DNA of 64,000 bases from Octopus vulgaris. Taxonomy: Eukaryota. How positions within the stretch are numbered: position 1 is the stretch's first letter; each line of letters begins with the position of its first letter. The stretch spans positions 58,528,001 through 58,592,000 of the forward strand of contig OX597819.1 in NCBI GenBank assembly GCA_951406725.2, written 5' to 3'. Position numbers and translations under genes: made by a program. Of the stretch, positions 13,076 to 26,900 are shown one piece after another. The notes under the pieces were generated by a model, which saw nothing but the letters and a program-made list of their open reading frames with translations, ran no database searches and was not told the DNA's origin.

Positions 13076-13808
13076 ATGGATATTCGTATCAGTTGTGTAA
13101 ATGTACGCAGCCTGATGTCGAGCTGGAAGCAAGGGCGTTTACTAAATGACATCAGGTCGCTGGATTTGGATGTAGTTGCTGCTACAGAAACCCGGTTGAA
13201 GGGACCAATAGATCTATTCCCTTAGCTGAACGGCTACGAGAAATACATTTCTCCGTGTCGAGCTGCAGGTGGGAGCGGGGTGTTGGTCTTATTGAAAAAG
13301 AACCGGGTTTCAGAGAAAAGGTTGATTTTTTTTTCTGATCCAGAGGGTAGGCTGGCCGTTTTGGACTTGACATTCAGTGGTGGCAAGACGATCAGGCTGG
13401 TTGCTATTTATGTACCCAACAATAGTGGTCAAAAAAGTGAACATTTTTTTGACCTAGAGAAGTTTCTAGTCACGTCGCATTCTTTAGTTTTGCTAGGAGA
13501 CTTTAAAACAATCTGCGATGCACGCGTGGATTGTGTTGGCTCGACATCGAATAGAACAAGTAATTTTGGCTTCCGGAATCTGTTAAATCTTTAACAGCTA
13601 GCAGATTCATATAGGCTAGAACACCCGGACGCTCCATTGTGGACATGGTCAGGCAACGATGGGTCGTCCAGATCGTATATAGATAGGATTCTAATTAGAA
13701 AAATAGACAAAAGCATAGTTAAGTGCCCACAGTTTTATCCAGTCAGCTACAGTGATCACAAGATGGTCACCTGTACGCTGTACTTAGATAAGGTACATAG
13801 AAAGGGAG
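13076..13808 (+). pseudogene. APE endonuclease N-terminus of ORF2 of LINE A
   Basis: MDIRISCVNVRSL...DVVAATETRL, AIYVPN, LLGDF, WTW..SYIDRIL and YSDHKMV motifs; stops and frameshift. Confidence 0.88.
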
Positions 13809-14990
13809 CTTTCTATTTTCGGGGGATTTTGTGGGTCTGTGTGTTTTGTCTGTCTGCATTTGGGTCTGTATTACTACATGGAGTGCTAGAAGCTTACTGG
13901 GTTGGTATCACTATTTTTTGGTGTTTCTACTTGTGATGTATGCTGTGTGAGTATGACTAGTCTGTTAAATGTTTGTGTGTCGTCTTCCGCTTTAATGTTT
14001 TTCTTTTTTTTTAGTAGTTTTCGGGTTTGACACTACTGCCACACCTCTCTTTTTGGAACCTCAATGAATCCCTCTTCATCTGTATCTTCCGTATTTTCTT
14101 CCATGATTGGGGCTGTTGTCTCGGTACTTCTTTCTGGTTCACATTGGTTTTCACTTGTTTCATTATTTAGCTCGGAGTACTGTGCTTTCATGTGCCCCTT
14201 CACATCGCAGTGGTAGCAGGTGGGTGTATGACTCTCCACTACCACCATTCTCAATTTCTTATCTTCCGGCAGCAGTATTTCCTCTGTTATCGCATTCAGA
14301 TCTTCTTGGGAGGCCTGAACCACCATTTCCAGGCCATAACCCCATTAATTCAGCGTCTTAGTTCTTGTGACTTGGAATATTTTGATTTCTTCCGTTTCAT
14401 AAGCTATGGCTGCTACTAATAATGCTTCCTCTATTTCTGGCGGTACCCTGCCAATCCTGATTCTCGTGACTCTTTTGCCGCAGTAGGTTGGCAGGAGCAC
14501 CCATTCCTGTGATCTTAGAGGTACAGTGGAGTGATTGGTTACTTCATCTTCCGTGGTATACCTCACCTCCACTGTGCCGTACTTTCTTCCTCTGGTGTAG
14601 TAGGTGGTTACACTTTTCACATTTTCTAGGCATTTTATAATAGCCTCCTCCGTTGCTATCTCAATTTTCTTGCTGGATAAGGACAGCGTTCTGTATATCA
14701 CTGTCCTTCTCCTGGTACTATTGGTCACTTCCTCTGGAGGGGTCAGTCTCAAGCTTTCCCCCTCCTTCTGGAGCAGCTCCCTGTGACTTCCCATCTTCTT
14801 GAGGTCAATTACAACCTCTCGCACTTCCAATGCGTTTGCAACGTTGGCCGCTCGACTACCCACCACCGACGCATAACTACCGACCCGTGCTGGCGAAATT
14901 CCATTTCAAAATTCTTCACCACAACTGGGGAAAATAAAGTCAATCAACAAAACAAGCCCCCGCAGGCAAAACAGCATTAACAACAAATTT
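13809..14990 (-). mobile_element. Tx1/L1-group LINE B, decayed ORF1 only
   Basis: ORFs 14345-14866 and 14033-14326 (PTCYHCDVKGH knuckle) are homologous to LINE A ORF1; N-terminal SYASVVGSR. Confidence 0.8.
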
Positions 14991-17674
14991 TCTTTATTCC
15001 TTATAAAAAGGATACATAGATGGGACAAACAAGGACAGACAAGGACATATAAGGGTCAGACACACTCTTACAACAGAACTCTCGGCTATACACCTTGCCG
15101 GTTAAATATCAAACATGACAAAATGTAGTGACTTGACTGCTTTCAGCTGTATCTAGGCACACGTACACCATTAGCGCTGAATTAAAGTGAAACACCAAGC
15201 TAAAGAATGTTAAGATATCTTGTGTACGTGTATACTTTCCTTCTTCCCCAACTGCACCGAACATAACTCTTAACCGGAAAGAAATGGGAAACGCTCACTC
15301 ACGCTCATTCTTTTCGTGGTCTCCGAGAATGATGTGGAGATGGAAGTTATACTTTACCCTCTCAGACCTGAACCCCTGTGTCTAACTTTACCATCCACCT
15401 GGGCTTCCGAGAAAAAAAATAAATAGTTGCATATACAGCTCAAGAGTAACGATTGCAGGCAAATTAATGGACAGAATCGGCTGCATCTTTTTCTACGTGT
15501 GTTGTTCATTACCGTATTACTGGGAATCCGACGGAGAGGACTTTTAACCTATTCCCACAATAGCGGGAATACGACTTGACAGGGTTAAATCAGTGACCTG
15601 TTACGAATCCATGCAAAGATACCCATGGACCAAAGTAGTGTTAACCCGGGTGGCAGGTTAACGTTACCATCCAAGGTATTCCATTCGTGAAAATCCCATC
15701 TTCTTAGACGCATTTTATCGAGGACTTCATTATCAATTGTGCCCTTCCTTTTTAAGAATGCTGTGTGTAATTTCAAGATGTGTCTGTTATTTTTAGTACT
15801 TCGAGCAATCCTGAATTCCATTTCAAGAAACAGATTTTGCCACACATCTAGTCCAATGCTATTAGAATCCCGTCAACTTATGAACCTGGATTGTTAGTTT
15901 ATCGACCCCCACCAAAAAGACAGAATGGAAAGCAAAGCTGATATTGGCGGGATTTGAACTTAGAGTGTACAGAGCCAGAAGAAATACTACAAGGCTTGTT
16001 GTCCTATGCTCTAATGATTCTGCAAATGTGTAGCTTAATAATATTGATATGATATATTCAGTGATACGCTCCGATGAGTGATAAGATGTGACCGAGCAAA
16101 GCCCTCAGGGATATGTTTGTGAAATGGCACAAAATATGAATCGAAACCGCAACTCCGTTTTCGCCATACTAAGGTATGATCGGATTTTCTGAAAAGTAGA
16201 ATCGTTTGTGTTGTGGTTATTCTTTTTTATTGAGAGAATATATACATTATCTACAACAGGCGGAATGAGAGTTAACGTTGTTCTTGGCAAGATTTGAACT
16301 CATAGTACATATGCGCCATATTGCAACTAATGTGTGGTAAGCTTACTGGCGATCAGAGATCGGCTGATACCATCTTGCGTGATTTAACCATTAATGCCCT
16401 CGAGAGAACATGAACGTTGCTTTGAACCATAGTGCTCATGCTGCACTCTTCCTCAAATATTGTGCTCGTGTACCAACGCAAAAGAAACTATTATTATTGT
16501 TGTTACTGATATCGTTGTTACAGTTCTAGTCGTGATTGTTTAGCCTCAGATGAGCCCGATCGAGTTGACCTATAAAATATATTAGTTTTAGTTTTCAAAC
16601 ACCGCGTGCAACGGACTGCATTGTCAAACGAATAAATTGCTTTTAAAGATGGATGAGTGTGATTTAAAGGAGATATGGCAGCTATTTCTAGTAAATATAA
16701 CCACCACCAGCCAGTATTCACTACTGCACGTCGATGGAATTGTAAGAAATTGTCAGAGACGGTGTAAACGTTTCCTTGTCATACTGTAGTATCCAATTCT
16801 GAGCTCGTATTCCGGGTAAGATAAACCACTCTCTTACAGAAAAACTAATTAAATGAAATCGATTTATCTTCCGCCACTCTACGCTCTTCTACGTCTTAAG
16901 TATAACATTCCGCTTTTCATTTCTCTGGGCTTCCAGCATAATATATAGCTGTCATACACTTAGGCTTATTTTAGTAATACTTTCACCGTCAACAAATCGT
17001 GGTCCGGCACTAAATGCACAAAATCACTTTACTGCACTGGGCGATTTTAATTGCTAAACCAAGTGTAGGTAGTGTGCACTAAAAAAGAATTTGCTTGACG
17101 CCTTTGCAAGGCAAGCAGTTTGGCTAAATCTATCATAATAAACCAATCTGCTGTTCTATAAATTAATCCTCTGGGTAGTACAAGAAACAATTTGACTGTA
17201 TTATTTCTTTTCAATATTATTCTATTTTTCTATCATAAGTGCCAACTAAACTACGATAGAAGGAACTAAAAAGAAAAATTAAAGGACAAAAGCGACTTTA
17301 TTAAACGACTCAAATTTCTGAATTTAATATTAGGTTTCAAGGGAAAGCCGCAAGTAATTAAAATAATATTTTCCAGGCTGTTTAGTTGCGTTTTATATAT
17401 TTAGTTTTTTCTTTTTGTTACTTTTTTTCATTAATTTTTTTCATGAGTGGAATATTATTTTTGCATATTGTCGCAAAGTATTGATATAACCAAGTGAAAA
17501 GGATACCAGAAAATCAACCAAGAGATCAACAGTTCGTATCTCAGCATCGCATTAATGTGTTTGTGATACACGCTTAATTCTCGACAGGCGGTTCTACTTA
17601 GTCCAAAGTAGACACGATGCGTAACATTGTTAACTGCTGTAGTCAGCGCTGTGTATTTGAGAAGAAGCTACTTG

Positions 17675-18064
17675 AGATCTTTACCTTTTAACCTACAGAT
17701 TTAAAAAATAATTCTTTGTAACTGAACGCTTTCAAACTTCGGACACTGGTAGAATGTGTCATATAAAACATCTTTTACTCTTAGCATTTTTGAGAAAAAC
17801 TTATATTTACGAAGTTATTTCTTGTTAAAGTTGTCCTATTTAGGTAATTTCAACCAATCAATGACGTGTATTCAGCTGAATAAAATTACTGCCATTGTTT
17901 GTCAACAACAACTATCGGCGGTATATTTTTCGTTTGTCACTGTTATTTATGACATCGTTCGTGCGTTTGTACTGGTTTTAGCTTTAAGGTTTTATGGTTA
18001 GGGTTAGGGTTTTAGGGTTAGGGTGTTAGGGTTAGGGTTTTAGTGTTAAGGTTTTAGGGTTAGG
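17675..18064. mobile_element. Partial MITE family B copy ending in a TTAGGG array
   Basis: Starts AGATCTTTACCTTTTAACCTACAG; body shared with 8498-8776; telomere-type tract at about 17997-18064. Confidence 0.75.
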
Positions 18065-18956
18065 AGTAGGAACAGTATAACAAAGTGGTTAAAATGCTTG
18101 CTTCGCAACTACGAGGCTTCACTCTCATTGCGTGGCACCATGAGCAAATGAAATAAACATATAAAATTGGTAGTCCATCGGTTACGACGACGAGGGTTCA
18201 AGTTGATCCGATCAGCTGAACCGCCTGCTAGTAAAATTAACGTGCGAGTGACAGAACATTCCATAAATACGTGTACATTACCGTAGTTCTCAGGGAGATT
18301 CAGCACGACACAATGTGACAAAACTGGCCCTTTGAAATGCAGCTACAACTTATTTTTGCCAGCTGAGTGAACTAAAGCAACGTGAAATAAAGAACTTTGA
18401 GAATTGGCCGTCCAACCTCCAGCCAGGCCTTCGCGATAGCATTAAAGCCAGGAAATTTTCAGCACTTCCTCGTATATAGCCTTGGATGAAACCCAGACAT
18501 TGCGAGTGAAATCGGATAGACGGAAACCATATAGAATTCCGTCGACTGGATTATATTCAGTAAATATAAAGCTATTTTGAATTTCAAAGTCAAAAACATC
18601 CATCAAGTGATAATTAGCCAAATCAACATTTCTGTGAAAGTGAAGATACATTTGGAGAAAAAAAAGGGAGCAACTATTAGCAAGAAATTTAAACTGGGTC
18701 TGAGAACTTACAGCCATACGTCATTATATCGTCCCACTGTCATTTTAGTTAGACGCAAACGCTTTTGTCTTAGGATTGAAAGAAAATGGAGTATTGCGGA
18801 GCACTTTTTCTATCAACATTGGACGAAGTAAGAGCATCCGAATGGCTTAAGTCGGAGCTGAAGCTGCTGCTTCGTGGTTTTGGTTTGTTGAAAGCTTATA
18901 TCTTACCCCACGACATTTGCCACAACGTCAGCTACTTTATAGCAGATTTCATTGAA

Positions 18957-19038
<82 letters not shown>

Positions 19039-19846
19039 ATGGTTGTTATGCGTCTACGCGTATACATACATACGTGTGTGTGTGTTACTTGGAAAATGCA
19101 TCCCACGCTCCATGGCAAAGTGTTGGCGGCATCAACCTATCGTCAGATTAAATAGTGTTTACATAATTAGTAAAATGTAAGGAGGAAACACAAGTAAGTA
19201 CAAGATGGTTTAGATAAAGCAGCAAAAAAAAAAAGATTTCATTTCTAAAAACCAAACAAAAACAATATTAAAAAAAAGACAAACCAAAGCGCAAAGAGGA
19301 AACTCAAAACGTGTGGAATCTGTTTTTTTTTTTTTTCATTTTTAGTTTATTTTTACCAACTTTTTGATTCTAGTATTGCTTGCGTTGCTGTTATTAGTTA
19401 AGGCATGAACACCATGATTTCGTATTTTTGCCCTTTAGAATATCCGATAGTCCATTTAGAAGACTGCTATCCGGCTGTTTGGCAACATCTCACTCATCAA
19501 TACATTCAAAACTCCAGACCACAAACGCTCAGTATCCTCCATCTCCGTCTTCTACTGTAACTGTCATCGTCAGGTCTACTTCTCTATATACGATTTCCAA
19601 CCAAGCCGACCCACCAGAGACGCTTTATCTTTTATGGCAAATATTTTGCGTCTCTCATTCATACTCAGATACTAACAGCTACACCTAAGCCTAATCTCAC
19701 CGAACTTGAACCTTTGGAAATCCCTCCCTCCCACACGATTCCAACAATCGTCGGCTTACAGCTGCTCAAGATGAACATCAGCCACATCAATGTGACCAGT
19801 CCTTTTAAAACCAATTGAAACAAATGTAATGATAGTAGATGTTAGG

Positions 19847-20099
19847 ACTCTTTTACTCTTTTTACTCTTTTACTCTTTTACTTGTTTCAGTCATGTGACT
19901 GTGGCCATGCTGGAGCACCGCCTTTAGTCGAGCAAATCAACCCCAGGACTTATTCTTTGGAAGCCTAGTACTTATTCTATCGGTCTCTTTTGCCGAACCG
20001 CTAAGATACGGGGACGTAAACACACCAGCATCGGTTGTCAAGCGATGTTGGGGGACAAACACAGACACACAAACATACACACACACACACACACACACG

Positions 20100-20137
<38 letters not shown>

Positions 20138-20302
20138 CGACAGGCTTCTTTTCAGTTTCCGTCTACCAAATCCACTCACAACGCTTTGGTCGGCCCGAGG
20201 CTATAGAAGAAGACACTTGCCCAAGGTGCCACGCAATGGGACTGAACCCGGAACTATGTGGTTGGTAAGCAAGCTACTTACCACACAGCCACTCCCACGC
20301 CT
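19847..20302 (-). mobile_element. SINE family 2 (tRNA head, CCTTGGGCAAGT CORE-like motif, internal TA/TG microsatellite, GTAAAAGA tail)
   Basis: Reverse complement of the copies at 43919 and 44529. Confidence 0.9.
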
Positions 20303-20669
20303 ATCAACATCGTTTTTAGATACTGAAAATGAAGGTAATAAACGAGCAGTCGGCATGGACAAAGAGGTTTCTTTTCTATAGAACCGGATGCACACCGTGT
20401 ATGTCCATGGATTGAGTGGAAGGGTCAAGAGAAAGTATGATATATATGTTTGCATGTAGATATGAAAAGGTGGGATATTTGTGCATCTCAAAAAAGATGT
20501 ATAACCTTTATACATTAGAAGCGTGCAGAACGAGGATATTTGAAAGGATAATTGTGCTGAAGAAGGCTCTGATAGACCAATCAATAATCACAACTTGTTA
20601 ATTAATTAATTGACTAAAAGTAAAGAAGTGAGCAACAACTACTGCATGCTCCTCCCAAAATACGACATA

Positions 20670-21187
20670 ACTGTGCGGTAAGAAGCTTGGTTCCCAACCA
20701 CATGGTCCCAGGTTCGGTCCCACTGCGTGGCATCTTAGGCAAGTGTCTTCTTCTACGGCCTCAGGCCGACTAAAGCCTTGTGAGTGGATTTGGTGAGCAG
20801 AAACTGAAAAGGAGCCCGTCGTAATACGTACGCTGGAGTTGAACTAGGGACAGCTGATGAAGGGGATTTTCCTTGTGTAGTTGTCTTGTACTCTGTTTTT
20901 TCGTTGTTAAAAAAATGGTCCGTTCCATGCTGTTTTTACGTTTTCGTTTCTCGTTGAGTTCTACGTCTATTTGTGGTGTCCTGTACACACGTATATATAT
21001 ATTTATATATGCATGTATATATCCATGTAGATGTAGGTACGTACATATATGTTTGTATGTATGCATATATTTTATTTATTACACTATTGCATGACTGAGC
21101 GCCTTCGCGTCGATTCGATTCGATTCGTTTGGTTTCGTTTCGTTTCTTCTTCTTCTCTAAGCTGGTTTTTATATATATATATGTGTG

Positions 21188-21233
<46 letters not shown>

Positions 21234-21430
21234 TGTTTGTCCCCTCCATCGCTTGACCACCGATCCTGGTGTGTTTATGTCACCGTAACTTAGTGGTTCG
21301 GCAAAAGCAATCAATAGAAAAAGTACTAGGTTTACAAAGAATAAATCCTAGGGCCAATTTCTTCGACTAAAACCCTTTAAGGTGGTGCTCCACCATGCCC
21401 GCAGTCAAATGAGTGAAACAATTAAAAGAA
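20670..21430 (+). mobile_element. SINE family 2 copy interrupted by an insertion (about 20830-21165) in its microsatellite
   Basis: Head to ...GAGCCCGTCGTA; the tail resumes after the (TG)n. Confidence 0.7.
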
Positions 21431-21633
21431 TATATTATACCACACCAAGAATCTGATGAAACAAATTCAAAACGAAATATGTGTGATAAAAAGTTTGCTT
21501 TCCAGCCACATTGTTCCAGGTTCAGTTCTACTAAGTGCCTTTTGCTATAGCCTCAGGCCGACCAAAGCCTTGTGAGCGGATTTGGCAAGCGGAAACTGAA
21601 AGAATCCCGTTGTATATTATGTGTGTGTGTGTG

Positions 21634-21664
<31 letters not shown>

Positions 21665-23970
21665 GGGGGCGGTTTATTTGTGTCTGTGTTTGTCCCCCAC
21701 CACAGCTTCTCAACCAGTGTTGGTATGTTTACGACCTCATAACTTAGCAGTTTGACAAAAGAGAGCGATAGTATTCTACCAGGCTTTAAAAAATAAGTAC
21801 TGGTGTCGATTCGTTCCACTAGAATTCGCTAGAGTGGGGCTTCAGCATGGCCGCAATCTAATGACTGAAACAAGTAAAAGATAAGAGATTTCATTTATAA
21901 CTAAAAATAAATGGATGTCTGTCAGTACTGACTGAATTAGCGTATAAGCGTTAAGGTATTCCTCAAATCTGTGTACCTTTAATAAACTGTGTCTGGGGAT
22001 TTGCATTTTGTCAAAAAGGCCGGAGGTGTTTCAGCATTTTAGCGTCACTCGGTATGACCTTTATCAGCCATTCAACAGTTATCTATTTAAAGCTGTATGT
22101 GGCTATGATAGGTCCATACAGCTTACATCTCTAGTCTCGAACCCTATATTGTCCAGATTATCGATCCACTGGAAGCTCTCCAGAAACGTACAACTAGACG
22201 AATACCCTCTGTTAGTCACTTTCCATTTCATAAACGTCTAACTTCTGAGGGCTTCGACATCTAGTAGCTGACTTGGCAGAAGCTTGCAAGATTACTCACC
22301 ATTTTTAGTTCAATACCTTTACTACCCATGGATAGAAACATAGAATAAATTACCCGTATTGATTGTTAGCTGTTAGGACACTGCATCTTGCAAAAATTCC
22401 TTGTTTCCCGAAATTTGCATACAAGGACGTGTCTAAGCGCGCTTTCCTCTTTATGGCTCTTTTACTATTCACTTTTTTGCCTTTTTTGTGTTCTATGTTG
22501 TGTATCCTATGTGTATACTTTTGGTTTTCATTGATGTCTTTTCATAATTTTTGCTGCTTTCTTTCTCTTTTTTAATCTGTCTCCGACGAGTTGTAGTGCA
22601 CCTGAGCACTTTATACAATAAATTCATTATTTTATTGCATGGGTTCCATTTCACTGCTTTATTTGTTAATTACGGCGGTGATTTGGCATAATCGTTAGCA
22701 CACCGGGCAAAATGCTTAGTGGCATTTCTTCCGACTTTAAGTTCTGAATTCAAATTCCACCGAGTTCGACTTTTCCTTTCATCCTTTTGGGGTAGATTAA
22801 AAAGTATTAGCTGAGCAACCGGGTCGATGTAATCGACTTACTTCCACCCCGAAATTTCTGGCCTTGTATGAGAATTTGAAATCATTAGTTATTTGTTAAT
22901 TAAGGTGAGTTGGCTGAATCGTTAGTATGCTGGCGAAAACGGTGAACAGCATTTCAAATATATATATATATATAGGTATGTATGCGTCTGCGTGTATAAG
23001 TGCTAGTTGAACCCTAGGGTCAATGTAATCGATTTAGCCCCTTTCTCCGAAATTCCAGGCCTATAGTAGAAAGGATTGGTTACTTGTCAATTGGTTGTTA
23101 ACTATTTATACAATTAGCTAAGTGATTGATCAATCTTTCAGTCAACCGATCAATCAGTTGGGTTTGTCAAAGTTCTTTCGTTGGCTATTGCTCTCTCTAC
23201 TCCAGATCTGATTCAAGTCTATCTGTCTCGGGGGAAAAAAATCAATGTGATAACGTATGCAGCAAGGAACAAAGATGCAATCTACCCAACTGTCTTCTAA
23301 ACAGTTTCACTCTACCCAGGGTTGAATCGACCCAATGCAATACCAAAAAATATCACTCGCCCACGATGCACCGTTTTGGAAACGATCTCACAATCTCATG
23401 TCTGATTGTGAAGCGTTCTTAACTCTTCAGCCAAGTCTTTTCTCATTTACGATTACTCAACTTTTTAATAATTATATTAATTTTATTCATGCTAATTTTC
23501 ATTGAAATCCTTTTTTCTTTTTTAATATCATTTTCTAAGCATCAATGGAATTTTGTGAACAATGGTAAAAAGAAAACCACTTAAATAGTGAAATTTATGC
23601 CGTTGTTTGTACTTTTTTGTTGTTTTTTGTAGCTGCAGGTTTTAATCTTGTTATTTTTTATTATTCTCAATGATGTTGTTATTGTTTTTGCTGAAGCCTA
23701 TAACTTTTATTATTGTAGATGCTAATAATAGTTATGATGGTGCCGACCACAGTGAGAAATATAGCCAAAAAAAAAAAAGAATATGAGAAATATATAACAA
23801 AACCAAAAAAAATGAAAGATTAGTAGGTGTGATGAGTGTGGTAGAGGGGTGGGGCTGGTGGTGATGGTGGAGGTGATAGAACTAGTATTATAGTGTCAGA
23901 AGTTATTGGGTAGAAGAAGGGGTGGAGAAGATTACGATTGTATATGTATTTATATATGAATGTATATGTG

Positions 23971-24041
<71 letters not shown>

Positions 24042-24489
24042 TATATATGTGTCTGAGCCAGTGTGTCGATGTGTGCATATATATATTTATGCATATATAT
24101 ATATTATATTTATGTATACGTATGCATGTATGTGTATATACACATGTGTATATGTGTATGTGTGAGTACATACACACACGTATATACATGATGGTGGGTG
24201 GCAGAAGAGGCGACTAGAGGTGAGGTAATGGACTAAAAGATGGGGGTAGCAGTAGGAGATGTCGTTTTTATTGCTGTTGTTGTCGACGTTGTTAGTGGTG
24301 GAGATGGCGCTCGCTGCTGATGGTGGTGGGGATGGTGGAAGTAGGGTGTTGTTTTGTTTTTGTTTGTTTTTTTCTACTTTTGGTTTTTTTTTTCAGACTT
24401 TTTTTAGTGTGGTTGTGTACGTGGTTTGTGACAAATGTTTGAAGCCGTGAATCTTTGAAGTGGCCGTGTTTTTCGTTTTGAGTAGTAGC

Positions 24490-24546
<57 letters not shown>

Positions 24547-26099
24547 TGCGGCGGCATCAGTAGCTGCTGCAACGGTAGCAGTAATAACATCTGATGATGT
24601 TGGTATTGGTGGTTGTGGGGGGAGGGAAGGGGTGAAGAGAAGACTGTTTATGTGATTGTTGGCGTTGTTGTTGTTATTGTTGTTATCGGTAGTGACGGGT
24701 GGTGTTGGTGATGATTGAAGCAGTGTTGGCGGTGGTGGTGAATTAAAGATGGCAGTAATGGATGTGGGAGGTCGGTGGTGGTGGTGGTGGTGGTGGTGGT
24801 GACGGTCGGGGTGGTTAAGAAGCTGTAAATATGCATGATGGTAGCAAGTGTTTTGGTGTTGGAAGATGTCGAGTGTTTGTAATAAGAGTAGTAAGAGTAT
24901 TGCTGATGTTAGCAGCAGCGGTGCAGGTGGCGGCGGTTTTAGTTGACGACAAACGGGTCATAAAATCATGGCGAATTCAAAAATTCGATAAATCAGCGCA
25001 ATGCATAAGGTGATCTCAGCTGCACAAGCACGGCATTCCACAATTGCATGTTGCAGACAAACTAAAAATAAGAAGCCTCACCCAAAGGAACGAGAAACGA
25101 AAACAAGCAGGGTGGAAGAGAAAGAAGCAGGAGTAAAAAGCAAGAAAAAGAATCAGGGAAAAAAAAAATAAAAAGAGGAAAGAAAAAAAGAAAAGAGTTT
25201 AAGACGAAGTTGCAATGCCAGACAAACTGCAAGACTTGCCTCTCAGACATTGCTGATGTTTGCATCTTTGTTCTGACCTGGTTTCATTTGAAAATTAAAA
25301 TCAGTGCAACATTGTTTTAAATAATCTCTATTACGATTTAATATTGAGCCGCCGTTCACATTATATAACAAGTATGTGGGTTAATGAGGAAAGGGTATGT
25401 ATCATTTTTCGTATACTAAGGAAAAAAATAGTGAAATGAATTTTCCGGGGTTTTCTTTTTTTATATTTTCTGTTTTTGCTGTAATCGATCGATGATTACA
25501 AGTCTGTGAGAAAGATCAAGTCAGCAAATTTTCCTTACTTACAGAAAAGAACTAATGGACATTCGTTCACCAAATAATCTGGCTCAGCATTAAATTGTGC
25601 TACAGTTTATCCAGTTGCTTTACAGAATGACTTGTTAATCCACTTGATTTACAAATCTCTTCTTTTTTCCTAGTCTTAGGACTTATAATTTCGGTTATGC
25701 GGTTTCCATATGACCAAGATCACAACATTTCTCCCTTGGACTGGATGAGATTTTAAGAAGAGAGGAAAAGTTGATAAAACCTTTTCCCAGTACTTAACTG
25801 GTACTTTATTTCATCGTTGAGGTTGAAAGGAAAATAATCAACGAGATTTGAACTTAGAACGCGAGGAAATGCCGCTAAGTTTCTTGTCCGACGTGCTAAC
25901 GGTACTACCAGCTCGCTACTTTAATTTACAGATTATTATTGTATATATTTAAACAAATATGCGTATTTCTGTGCACTTAAGTGAACATGAAGTGTGAGAA
26001 GTTTGAGGTGTTGGCTGAAATGATACCAGTCAGATTAATGGGGTTTATGTTCCTCTGCGCCAGCCGCATTTTGTCGGCTACAGGAAAAAATTTGGCAAA

Positions 26100-26900
26100 C
26101 CAGGGAGATAATTCCAAAGGTCTGGCGTTTTGGGAAGCTAGAGTTGGTCAAAATGTCTAGTAATGGGTTTCAAAGATAATCGCTACAAAGGAAGCGGAAA
26201 GTTTGAAACAAGTGAGTCGAGAGTTCTTGAGTGGATGTGGCTCGAGGCCGGACAGTTCTGAAGAGCAGAGGTCACTGTAGTAGCTGCAGAAGAGGCAGAG
26301 TGAGGAAACAGCTCGACTATGTGATCCTCGAGGCTGGACTTGGTGGGTGTTGCTGTACGATTTCATACGAATCAATTGGATTGACATGAAATATCTAAGT
26401 TTCATATCGAACACTCTCGAATATACATGATTAGGAGAATGGATGCTGGTGAGTGGAAATGACGAGATGCAGGTCGAGGGAGAGGGTGGAGATAAAATCT
26501 AGTCTTAGATCTACCAGAGTGAACAGACTGTGGGTCAGCGAGAGTTCCATCAGCTACGCGGCGATTCTACTACAATATTGGAAGTCACTGATCCAAAGTA
26601 AGAAAGACACATAGAGCCCACAAACAGGCAATTCAGTAGGAATTTTCACAGCCAGAAATGTTCGAATGCTTTGATGATGTCAAGTGCAACAATATTGCTT
26701 TCGTCGGAATCCGTAAATGTGATTATTAATAGAAGAATAGTTTTAAGGTGTAGGAAAATGTGGTTCTTCATGAGTGTTTCCATTGGCACAGAAATGTATT
26801 TCCTTATTCTCTTCGTATAAGCAAACAAGATTGTTCTGAAATGTTTTACATTTCCCTGGTCACACATCATAGAACAAGTACTCCCTTCGTTCCACTGACT
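26100..26900 (-). mobile_element. Decayed LINE reverse-transcriptase remnant (Jockey/I/CR1-like)
   Basis: NIVALDIIKAFEHFW resembles the RT motif VALDISKAFDRVW; C-terminal SRAVSSLCLF..YY..LCSSEL-type segment. Confidence 0.55.

Larger units (their letters stand above)
11750..13808 (+). mobile_element. Tx1/L1-group LINE A, 5' portion (decayed ORF1 and APE endonuclease), 3'-truncated
   Basis: ORF1 with zinc knuckle followed by ORF2 starting with an APE domain. Confidence 0.85.

Noticed and set aside
18400-18950. Possible transposase remnant on the minus strand
   Set aside because: Looks like decayed coding sequence, but I cannot assign a motif with confidence; needs TBLASTX against Repbase.
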